DNA of 63,289 nucleotides, taken from the NCBI GenBank assembly GCA_964504535.1, contig CAZDED010000009.1:1-63289 (forward strand). Direction: 5' to 3'. Numbering within the stretch: position 1 is the stretch's first letter; each line of letters opens with the position of its first letter. The position numbers were made by a program, and so were the translations under genes. A model generated the notes under the pieces. It saw only the letters and a list, made by a program, of their open reading frames with translations. It ran no database searches and was not told the DNA's origin. Positions 17,015-24,958 of this stretch are shown here, piece by piece. Source of the stretch: an uncultured Gammaproteobacteria bacterium (GTDB taxonomy: Bacteria; Patescibacteriota; Microgenomatia; Levybacterales; GWA1-39-11).

Positions 17015-18987
17015 TAGTTTTGTTGAAGATATCTTACTTTGTCTCTTATCAGTGCTGCAGTTTCAAAGTCCAAATCTTTTGCTGCAGCCTGCATCTCGCG
17101 TCTTAGACTTTTTATCAACTTTTCTTTTTCATCTGGCAGGAGTACATCTTTTTCTATAAGAGGCTTTAGATCTTCCAATACCTTTTCCCGCTCGATGAGT
17201 TTTGCCCGTATCTCCTTTTCTACTGTCTTTGCAGTAATTCCATGATCCTTGTTATATTTCAATTGATACGCTCTTCTTCTGTTGACTTCAGATATTGCCT
17301 CTTCCATAGATCCAGTAGTGTTGTCAGCATACAAAATAACATGTGAATCAACACGTCGTGCTCCCCTACCCATAATTTGAATCAAAGAACTTCTCGATCT
17401 CAAAAAACCTTCCTTATCGGCGTCAAGGATGGCCACAAGCCCAACTTCCGGCAGATCAAGTCCTTCCCGAAGTAAATTTATTCCAACTAAAACATCGTAA
17501 ACACCCGAACGAAGGTCATCTAGAATATCTTGCCTCGATAATGTATCGACATCCGAGTGAAGGTAATTGACCTTTATTCCTTTTTCTTCAAGAAATGTAG
17601 TAAGGTCTTCCGACATTCTTTTTGTTAATGTGTTGACCAAAACCCTTTCACCTTTTTTGATTATCTTCTCAATTTCTCCTATTAGATTTTGAATTTGTCC
17701 TTCAGTTGGACGGATCTCAATTTCAGGGTCTACAACACCGGTAGGTCTTATCAACTGCTCGGCAATATTTTCTTTGCCTGATTTTTCTATTTCATAATCA
17801 CTTGGAGTTGCCGACATGTAGATAGTGCGCCGTATTTTCGTCAAAAACTCCTCAAATTTAAGAGGCCTATTATCATATGATGCCGGGAGACGAAAACCGT
17901 AATCGATAAGCGTTGATTTTCGTGATCTATCCCCGTTGTACATTCCCCGTATTTGAGGCAAGGTCATGTGAGACTCGTCAAGCACCAACAACCAATCTTT
18001 ACTGACATGATTGAAAAATTCCAATAGCGAATAAGGTGGATCCCCCGGATTTCTTCCATCAAAGTATCGCGAGTAATTTTCTATACCATTCACATATCCC
18101 AGTTCCTTTATCATCTTGAGGTCATATTCTGTCCGTTGCCGTATCCGTTGCGCCTCCACAAGCTTTCCTTCTTTTTCAAATTTTTCAACTTGAGCTGCCA
18201 GATCTGCACGAATCTGATCAAAAACTTTCTCGTACGTCGAAACATCCGTCATGTAATGTTTTGCCGGATATACAACCAGAAATTTACGCTCTTCAATTAC
18301 CTCTCCCGTAAGTGGATCTACTTGCTCAATATTTGATACATAATCTCCGTTAAATGATATTCTGTAAGACTTGTCTTCATATCCCGGGAGCACCTCGACA
18401 ACATCTCCCCTAACCCGGAACGTACTTCTTGTAAAGTTGTAGTCATTTCGCTGATACATAAGATCCAAAAGTCTATCCATGACAGACCCCCGCGAAACTT
18501 TTTCACCTTTTGCGATTTCTAGAACATATTTTCCGTATTCAGTCGGAGACCCAAGGTTGTATATGCAAGAAACCGATGAAACTACGATCGTATCCGGCCT
18601 TGTCAATAAATTTGTAGTTGCAGCTAGTCTTAGCCTGTCTATTTCATCATTTATCTCAGTCTCTTTTGCTATATACGTATCGGTTGTCGGGATATATGCT
18701 TCAGGTTGGTAGTAGTCGTAATAACTGACAAAGTAGCTCACTGCGTTGTTGGGAAAAAAATCACGAAGCTCCTGATATAACTGCGCTGCAAGGGTCTTGT
18801 TGTGGGAAAGAACAAGCGTAGGTCTTCCATAGTTCTTTATTACGTTTGCTATCGTATACGTTTTTCCACTACCGGTCACTCCAAGAAGCACTTGGTCAGG
18901 CTTGTTATTCTTCAGACCGTCAGTAAGCTTTTTTATTGCTGTGGGTTGGTCTCCGGTAGGTTGATATTTTGATACTAATTCAAACAT
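17014..18987 (-). CDS. uvrB: Excinuclease ABC subunit B
   Basis: 657 aa with GVTGSGKT Walker A, DESH box (VLDESHMT), helicase motifs and a C-terminal UVR domain (DFETAALIRDKV). Confidence 0.97.
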   Translation of the reverse strand: MFELVSKYQPTGDQPTAIKKLTDGLKNNKPDQVLLGVTGSGKTYTIANVIKNYGRPTLVLSHNKTLAAQLYQELRDFFPNNAVSYFVSYYDYYQPEAYIPTTDTYIAKETEINDEIDRLRLAATTNLLTRPDTIVVSSVSCIYNLGSPTEYGKYVLEIAKGEKVSRGSVMDRLLDLMYQRNDYNFTRSTFRVRGDVVEVLPGYEDKSYRISFNGDYVSNIEQVDPLTGEVIEERKFLVVYPAKHYMTDVSTYEKVFDQIRADLAAQVEKFEKEGKLVEAQRIRQRTEYDLKMIKELGYVNGIENYSRYFDGRNPGDPPYSLLEFFNHVSKDWLLVLDESHMTLPQIRGMYNGDRSRKSTLIDYGFRLPASYDNRPLKFEEFLTKIRRTIYMSATPSDYEIEKSGKENIAEQLIRPTGVVDPEIEIRPTEGQIQNLIGEIEKIIKKGERVLVNTLTKRMSEDLTTFLEEKGIKVNYLHSDVDTLSRQDILDDLRSGVYDVLVGINLLREGLDLPEVGLVAILDADKEGFLRSRSSLIQIMGRGARRVDSHVILYADNTTGSMEEAISEVNRRRAYQLKYNKDHGITAKTVEKEIRAKLIEREKVLEDLKPLIEKDVLLPDEKEKLIKSLRREMQAAAKDLDFETAALIRDKVRYLQQN

Positions 18988-19040
18988 GACTAACTAGTAT
19001 AACATATCTTTGAGGCCGAAACCCAAAATTGACGTAGTTT

Positions 19041-19054
19041 GTTACAAATTGTAC
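19041..19054. promoter_or_regulatory. GTTACAAATTGTAC (contains palindrome TACAA-A-TTGTA); candidate LexA operator in the uvrB/lexA divergent region
   Basis: Direct reading. It lies immediately upstream of the lexA -35 box, and a related copy occurs at 15428-15441. Confidence 0.35.
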
Positions 19055-19056
19055 TG

Positions 19057-19086
19057 TTGACATACTTCTACTTTTTTTCGTATATT
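19057..19086 (+). promoter_or_regulatory. Sigma-70-type promoter for lexA (TTGACA, 18-nt spacer, TATATT)
   Basis: TTGACA at 19057-19062 and TATATT at 19081-19086, about 74 nt upstream of the lexA ATG. Confidence 0.5.
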
Positions 19087-19120
19087 TTTAGTATAGTTTT
19101 ATAGAATAATTCTAGATACT

Positions 19121-19148
19121 TTCTAACTTCTAGCTATTAACTTCTAAC
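19121..19148 (+). repeat. Four in-phase heptamers TTCTAAC-TTCTAGC-TATTAAC-TTCTAAC in the lexA leader
   Basis: Direct reading. It shares the words CTTCTAGCT and CTTCTAAC with the coding-strand sequence of the 9033-9053 repeat. Confidence 0.8.
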
Positions 19149-19159
19149 TACTATTTTAT

Positions 19160-19813
19160 ATGACCGCAGTACTTTACCGACGAGAAAGAGAACTTTTAAC
19201 ATTTATCTGGCAGTTCCAGGAAAGAAATGGATATTCACCTACCCTTCGCGAGATGGCTGATGCAATGAACCGCAAAGCTCCATCAACTATTCATTCATTG
19301 ATACGGGGACTTGTAGAGAAAGGGTACGTCCAAAAAGTTGATGGTAACATGAGGACGCTAAAGATTCTCAAAAAGGAACAGCTAGGAGCACTCATTGGAG
19401 AAAAGATGAAGGGGATGGGAACAACCATCGCTTTGCCGCTCATGGGTTTTATTGCGGCCGGTGCTCCACTCGAGCCACATACTGATCCTGAGGCATCTCT
19501 TGATGTGGCTTCTTCCATGATATCGGGAAAAAGAACTTCTTATGCATTGCAAGTCAAAGGAAATTCAATGATTGAGGATGGAATTTTTGACGGTGATTTT
19601 GTTGTTGTCGAAAAAACCGATATCTGCAATGAAGGAGATATCGTTGTTGCTTTGGTTGATGATAGCCTGGCAACGCTGAAGCGTTTTTACAGGCAAAATG
19701 GACGCATAGTACTGATGCCATCAAATAGTGAAATGGATCCTATTTACCCTACTGAATGCAGGATACAAGGAGTTGTGACGGGGTTAGTTAGAAAATTTGG
19801 AGCGCTTAACTAA
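19160..19813 (+). CDS. lexA: LexA repressor (S24 peptidase)
   Basis: 217 aa with a winged-helix N-terminus (YSPTLREMADAM...SLIRGLVEKGYV), an Ala-Gly cleavage site (GFIAAGAPLE), catalytic Ser (GNSM) and Lys (ATLKRF). Confidence 0.92.
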   Translation: MTAVLYRRERELLTFIWQFQERNGYSPTLREMADAMNRKAPSTIHSLIRGLVEKGYVQKVDGNMRTLKILKKEQLGALIGEKMKGMGTTIALPLMGFIAAGAPLEPHTDPEASLDVASSMISGKRTSYALQVKGNSMIEDGIFDGDFVVVEKTDICNEGDIVVALVDDSLATLKRFYRQNGRIVLMPSNSEMDPIYPTECRIQGVVTGLVRKFGALN

Positions 19814-20499
19814 TCTTTTTTCATTACTGTCTTTATTTCTTTATATGAGACTGATTCTTCTTCCTTTCTCTTTCTTTTTTGCATGTTGTGCTTAATAAAT
19901 TCAAAGATCATTGGAGTAAGTGATAAGAGGATAATAATGTAAATCGCGTACTCAAAATTATCTTTGATAATTGGAAGATTTCCGAAGAAATATCCGGCAA
20001 GCACTAGACTTGTCACCCAGACAAAACCCCCAATTATGTTATAGAGAATAAATACACTGTATCGCATGCTCCCTATCCCTGCTACAAAAGGGGCAAAGGT
20101 TCTTATAATAGGTACAAATCTGGCTATGATGATTGTTTTGCCACCATATTTTTCATAAAATTCTTCAGTCTTTCGAAGGTATTTTTTGTTAAATATTTTT
20201 GAATTTTCTTTACTAAATACTTTTGCGCCCAGTTTGTGCCCAAGCCAGTAGTTGACTGTGTCTCCTAGTATTGCCGCTGCTAGAAGTACGATGTATACAA
20301 CTATGATATTGAGGTGTCCTATAGCTGCAAAAGCGCCAACAATAAAAATCAGAGAATCACCTGGCAAAAAAGGCGTGACTACAAATCCGGTTTCGGCAAA
20401 AATCACAAGAAACAGTATTGCATACGTCCAGTAGCCAAAGACTTCAATAATTTTTGCTAAATAATCTCCTAGATGCAGAAGGACGCTAACGATATCCAT
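19810..20499 (-). CDS. DedA-family membrane protein
   Basis: 229 aa with the DedA/SNARE-associated signature ...FLPGDSLIF...GHKLGAKVF...ARFVPIIRTFAPFVAGIG. Confidence 0.85.
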   Translation of the reverse strand: MDIVSVLLHLGDYLAKIIEVFGYWTYAILFLVIFAETGFVVTPFLPGDSLIFIVGAFAAIGHLNIIVVYIVLLAAAILGDTVNYWLGHKLGAKVFSKENSKIFNKKYLRKTEEFYEKYGGKTIIIARFVPIIRTFAPFVAGIGSMRYSVFILYNIIGGFVWVTSLVLAGYFFGNLPIIKDNFEYAIYIIILLSLTPMIFEFIKHNMQKRKRKEEESVSYKEIKTVMKKD

Positions 20500-20557
20500 C
20501 CCAAAATTTTATCAGTAATAACTGGCAAATAGCAATCACATAAACTACAATACAAAA

Positions 20558-21250
20558 ATGGATGGCAAAGGAACTTTGAGTGCTAAAGGTAATTTGTATG
20601 TGGTGGCTACACCAATTGGCAACTTGCAGGATATAACGCTTAGAGCTATTGAGACGCTTAAAAAAGTTGACGTAATTGTTTGCGAAGACACGCGGGTAAC
20701 TTCAACGCTTTTAAAGAAATATGAGCTAAAAAAGCCGATGATTGCTGTCAACGAATTTAATGAAGAACAAATCGTTTATCAGATCATACAACAACTTGAA
20801 TTAGGCAATGTAGCGCTTGTATCCGATGCCGGTACTCCCTTGATCTCAGATCCTGGATTTAGACTGGTTAATACAGCACGAAAGAAAGGTTTTCAGGTCA
20901 TACCTATTCCTGGACCGTCAGCTCTTGTTGCAGCGCTTTCTGCATCAGGACTTCCTACGGATAAATTCGTCTTCCTCGGATTCCTTTCAAAATCTGAAGC
21001 AAAAGCTGAAAAAAGCCTGGAAACAGTGAAAGAACTTCAAGCAACCGTTCTTCTGTACGAATCTCCTCATAGAATTATTCAAACTCTTGTTGTTATACAA
21101 AAAGTTTTTGGAGATATTGAAATTACTGTTGCTAGAGAACTGACCAAAATATATGAAGAGATTTACACTAAAAAAATTTCAGACCTGCTTGTGGATTTGG
21201 AAACAAAGCAGCCAAAAGGCGAATTCGTCCTTCTCTTCTCAACTAAGTGA
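20558..21250 (+). CDS. rsmI: 16S rRNA (cytidine1402-2'-O)-methyltransferase
   Basis: GNLYVVATPIGNLQDITLRAIETLKKVDVIVCEDTR... and ...LVSDAGTPLISDPG; tetrapyrrole-methylase fold, RsmI-type. Confidence 0.9.
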   Translation: MDGKGTLSAKGNLYVVATPIGNLQDITLRAIETLKKVDVIVCEDTRVTSTLLKKYELKKPMIAVNEFNEEQIVYQIIQQLELGNVALVSDAGTPLISDPGFRLVNTARKKGFQVIPIPGPSALVAALSASGLPTDKFVFLGFLSKSEAKAEKSLETVKELQATVLLYESPHRIIQTLVVIQKVFGDIEITVARELTKIYEEIYTKKISDLLVDLETKQPKGEFVLLFSTK

Positions 21251-21254
21251 CTGG

Positions 21255-21275
21255 ATCCCTGGTCAGGCCAGGGAT
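21255..21275. terminator. GC-rich hairpin between convergent rsmI and eno (ATCCCTGG-tcagg-CCAGGGAT)
   Basis: A perfect 8-bp stem with a 5-nt loop sits between the two stop codons. There is no clear U-tract on either side. Confidence 0.5.
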
Positions 21276-21286
21276 GATAATTGACG

Positions 21287-22552
21287 TCAACTCAGCTTGC
21301 TCTTACTTAATTCCTGCTCGATAGCCAGTAATCTGTTGTATTTTATTATCCTTTCGCGAGAGGGAGCTCCGAACTTCACGTAATCAGCATCAATAGCTAC
21401 CGCAAAATCAGCAATAAAATCGTCTTCAGTTTCGCCACTTCTACTACTTACAACAATCTTTAACTGCTTAAATTTGGCAATTTCAGCTACCGCTAATGCT
21501 TCAGTTACCGTGCCTATCTGGTTTGGTTTTAGAACTATTGCATTAAGAACGTTATTGTTGAGAGCTGATTGAAGCCGATACGGATTTGTACTGGTGATAT
21601 CATCCCCTGCAATAAGGGTTTTTGCGGCAAATGATGAAAACATTTTTTTCCAACCTTCCCAGTCGTCTTCTGCAAATGGGTCTTCAATGTATACCAATGA
21701 GAAATCATTGATCAGAGTTTGGTACAACTCAATAAGGTCATCCTGATCTAGCTGTCCATTTTTATCCTTGATAACATATTTTTTGTTTGAAAGAATAGCG
21801 TTTGCAGCAATATCAACTCCCATAAATACATCCCTCAGAAAAGCGTAGCGTGTTCCTTCAATTACAGCCTTTAATGTCCTGAAGGCATCAACATTTCCAG
21901 CATAAGAAGGCGCAAATCCTCCCTCTTCAGCGCTCAGAACAGACTGATTATTGTCTTTTAAGTACTCACGTAATTTTTTGTGAATTGTCACTCCAATTTC
22001 TAGAGATTCCGATAATGTATGCGAGGAGGCGGGAATGACAAGAAATTCCTGATAGTTCAGGGTGTTTTCAACATGCTTTCCTCCTTCGATAAGATTAAAC
22101 ATTGGACTTGGTATTCTGTGCTCTTGGCCGCTTTTTGAGGTAAACTGTCGTATATATAAAGCAAGGGGAAGTAAAGAACTTCTTGCAGCTGCTTTACAAA
22201 CTGCTTGACTGACTGAGAGAATGCTATTTGCCCCCAGTTTCATCTTATTTTGGGTGCCATCCATTTCAATCAGAAGTTTGTCTACAATCTGCTGCTCTGA
22301 TGCCTCCATACCAATGACTTTCGGAGCGATAATCGTATTTACAATATCGACCGCTTTTAATACCCCCATTCCAAAATATCTACTCGCATCCTCATCGCGC
22401 AGTTGTTGGGCTTCATAGGTTCCTCTGGATGACCCGGTAGGAACAGATGATCTCGCAACAGTACCATCTGACAATGAAACGGTAGTTTCTATAGTTGGAA
22501 ATCCCCTTGTATCCAAAATTTCCCGTGCTAATATTTGTTCAATTTTTGCCAT
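21287..22552 (-). CDS. eno: Enolase (phosphopyruvate hydratase)
   Basis: 421 aa; ILAREILDTRGFPTIET..., SRSGETED. Confidence 0.95.
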   Translation of the reverse strand: MAKIEQILAREILDTRGFPTIETTVSLSDGTVARSSVPTGSSRGTYEAQQLRDEDASRYFGMGVLKAVDIVNTIIAPKVIGMEASEQQIVDKLLIEMDGTQNKMKLGANSILSVSQAVCKAAARSSLLPLALYIRQFTSKSGQEHRIPSPMFNLIEGGKHVENTLNYQEFLVIPASSHTLSESLEIGVTIHKKLREYLKDNNQSVLSAEEGGFAPSYAGNVDAFRTLKAVIEGTRYAFLRDVFMGVDIAANAILSNKKYVIKDKNGQLDQDDLIELYQTLINDFSLVYIEDPFAEDDWEGWKKMFSSFAAKTLIAGDDITSTNPYRLQSALNNNVLNAIVLKPNQIGTVTEALAVAEIAKFKQLKIVVSSRSGETEDDFIADFAVAIDADYVKFGAPSRERIIKYNRLLAIEQELSKSKLS

Positions 22553-22573
22553 AATGCTTTTTCTGTGGAAAAA

Positions 22574-22685
22574 GAAATCCGAAATTCGAAATTCTAAATC
22601 CGGAATCTGTTTAATTCTTAATTTTCAATCTTTGAAGTTTGAAACATTTTGATTTGTTTCGAGCTTCGATATTAGTGCTTAGTGT
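22574..22685. repeat. Sixteen consecutive in-phase heptamers arranged as runs of near-identical neighbours
   Basis: In-frame reading: GAAATCC GAAATTC GAAATTC TAAATCC GGAATCT | GTTTAAT TCTTAAT TTTCAAT | CTTTGAA GTTTGAA | ACATTTT GATTTGT | TTCGAGC TTCGATA | TTAGTGC TTAGTGT. The run fills the whole intergenic space upstream of eno. Confidence 0.85.
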
Positions 22686-22691
22686 TTATTC

Positions 22692-23873
22692 TCATGATAC
22701 TAACATACTTCCTCTTTTTATCTCCCCTGTTGTTGCATTCAGACTAATCACATCCCCCGTAGAATAGAGCATCTGATTTTTTTTGCGAATGACGGTTGGT
22801 ATTCCAAAATTCTTCAATAAAAAAGCTACTTCAGGATGTGGTTCTTCTTCTATAATAAGCCCTTTTGCTTTTTTTAGTGCAGATAGCATTGATCTATCTA
22901 GTTTTTTTAGCATGATGATCTCGTCCTTTACCAGAAGCCCTGCTTTATCTTTTTCGTCAATTACTTTCAGTCTACCAATTGTGATCCCGGGATGCACTGA
23001 AAGATTTTTTGTGAGTGAAGAATATGTATCATGATAAGAAATCTGATCACTCAACGGGCCAACATGTGAAACCATAAACGCATCATCCTTTTTCCCCCAC
23101 AAAAGAATTTGAGGAAGATAGAGAGCTTTCTCAGTCAGTGTCGCATAATGGAGCAAGATTTTGATATCTTTTGGCGACAGTGCATCTTTTTTCCCACCGG
23201 GAAGAATATTACCTTCCAAAAGTTGTCGTGCGTGCTTGTTGTAGGTAAATTTCACCATAGAATGAGCTTCAATCTCGTACTCACTTTTCGTTTTTCCGAT
23301 AGTGGTAATTGATCCGGTAAGTTTGAATTCATATTCAGGTAGGATGGATAGGCATACTGAAAAAGTGTGATGATTGTTGTTGTGAATAGTGTGTTTTTTA
23401 AGATATTCCGGAGAATATAGATTTGCCCAGGCCAATCGTAGATTTTCTACCAAAACCGCTTCGCCTGAAATATTATTCCACGAATTTTTCCCTATCAATT
23501 TACTTCCTTGAAAATAGTATGCGTAAAGTGTTATAGATTTTGTATCTTGTTTTTTTAGCTTGTCAAACAAAGACTCTGCTAATTTTGCTGGAAAGACTCC
23601 TTTTTCAACAAGTTTTCTAATATAGGATGATGTCTGAGCAAGTGAATCGTGCCGTTCCGGATTAGTACTACCCAATAAATGTTTTATTTGCAAAGAAAGG
23701 TTATTGCCGGTAATAAATGCAGAGAAAGCATACGGAGTAACAATAATTGAGGGCATAATAGCTACACCCTGTCTTGAGATTTCTCCGAGTGAAGCAAGCT
23801 CAGCGCCTACCTCGCTCTTGTCTTCAAGTGTTAGATCTTTATTCCACACCACAAAATCTGTTTGGGCCAACAT
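22692..23873 (-). CDS. PEP-utilising-enzyme-like protein (PPDK/PpsA N-terminal nucleotide-binding plus swivel domain); no recognisable GGxTSH motif
   Basis: 393 aa. The N-terminus EVGAELASLGEISRQGVAIMPSIIV resembles the PPDK_N family. The C-terminus GLIIEEEPHPEVAFLLKNFGIPTVI aligns to the phosphohistidine swivel domain, but the canonical GG-x-TSH is replaced. Confidence 0.55.
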   Translation of the reverse strand: MLAQTDFVVWNKDLTLEDKSEVGAELASLGEISRQGVAIMPSIIVTPYAFSAFITGNNLSLQIKHLLGSTNPERHDSLAQTSSYIRKLVEKGVFPAKLAESLFDKLKKQDTKSITLYAYYFQGSKLIGKNSWNNISGEAVLVENLRLAWANLYSPEYLKKHTIHNNNHHTFSVCLSILPEYEFKLTGSITTIGKTKSEYEIEAHSMVKFTYNKHARQLLEGNILPGGKKDALSPKDIKILLHYATLTEKALYLPQILLWGKKDDAFMVSHVGPLSDQISYHDTYSSLTKNLSVHPGITIGRLKVIDEKDKAGLLVKDEIIMLKKLDRSMLSALKKAKGLIIEEEPHPEVAFLLKNFGIPTVIRKKNQMLYSTGDVISLNATTGEIKRGSMLVS

Positions 23874-23912
23874 ATACTTCCATTGTGGGGAATTGGTTAA
23901 AAAAATGCAAGA

Positions 23913-24956
23913 TTACTTCGCCAACTCTTCTTTGAACCAGTCTACCCAGGGATTAACGGCAGGATTCTGCTCATGGATAAGTCCCAAAAATAGTGTGAGA
24001 TATGAACCATATGATAAAGTAAGGATGAAATCCTCATATACATTTTCTCCCCCGAAATTTAGCTCGGCTACTTCAAACATGTTCTTCTCAACAACATCTG
24101 TCGTCAACTGTACTCTTTTCGTGATCTTCTCTGAAAAATTTGTTGAGTTGAGAATAATAAATTTGAGAACATGGTGCTTTGGGAATGCAAGACCTTCCAT
24201 GAGGTGATGGTTGAGATCCGGGATAAGAAAGCATGAGGAAAATGATTTACTTGTTTCATTGAATTGATTTCTCAAAATCTGCGCGTTGCCTGACAGATGT
24301 TCCGAGGCAAAAATGACTGGTATATACCCTTCGTATTCTACTGCATCAGCCATTGCCTGCTTTTTAATCTCTGGTGCATCATTTTTCAGTCTATTTATTG
24401 CCCCCATTAATTGCTCTTTATTTACTTCAAAAATACCAGCTTTATCCAGTAACCCTAAAAGCCCAATAATTGTATACCCATTACCAAGTCGTGGAACACC
24501 AGCCGGGTTGAGAGTACCATCGAAAATATAAGCAGGAATATTATTGGTTTTGGAAAATGCTGAAAGCGGCCCACCTTTGGTAAGTATAAGCATCTTTGCT
24601 CCCATATCTTTTGCTTCACGGGCACAAGAAAGTACCTCTTCAGTCGTTCCCGAATAGCTAGTCAGGACAACTAGGGTGTTGGCGTTCACAAATTTAGGAA
24701 GGTGATAATCCGAAACATATTCGGTAGGATAACGGTTATTTTCACCGGCAAGAGCTTTAAATACCAATGCTCCGTAAATAGAAGCACCCATCCCACAGAA
24801 AACGATGTTTCCCACATCTTTATAGTCCGGTGGTACCTGAACCTCTTGAACCTGAGCCCAGGCGGCCTCCATTTGATGCGCCAACATTTCTGTAGATCCT
24901 AAAGTATCCTGAGGATCAAGTCTTTTTATTTCTTCAATATTATTTAAATCAATCAT
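23913..24956 (-). CDS. Bifunctional phosphoglucose/phosphomannose isomerase (SIS domain)
   Basis: 347 aa; SIS motifs IVFCGMGASIYGA and VVLTSYSGTTEE; archaeal/CPR-type PGI/PMI architecture. Confidence 0.8.
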   Translation of the reverse strand: MIDLNNIEEIKRLDPQDTLGSTEMLAHQMEAAWAQVQEVQVPPDYKDVGNIVFCGMGASIYGALVFKALAGENNRYPTEYVSDYHLPKFVNANTLVVLTSYSGTTEEVLSCAREAKDMGAKMLILTKGGPLSAFSKTNNIPAYIFDGTLNPAGVPRLGNGYTIIGLLGLLDKAGIFEVNKEQLMGAINRLKNDAPEIKKQAMADAVEYEGYIPVIFASEHLSGNAQILRNQFNETSKSFSSCFLIPDLNHHLMEGLAFPKHHVLKFIILNSTNFSEKITKRVQLTTDVVEKNMFEVAELNFGGENVYEDFILTLSYGSYLTLFLGLIHEQNPAVNPWVDWFKEELAK

Positions 24957-24958
24957 GA

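Noticed and set aside
22574-22685. Possible CRISPR array or minisatellite
   Set aside because: The units are 7 nt long with no spacers, and no repeat of 20 nt or more is present anywhere in the window. It is not a CRISPR array and is reported as a heptamer-phase repeat instead.
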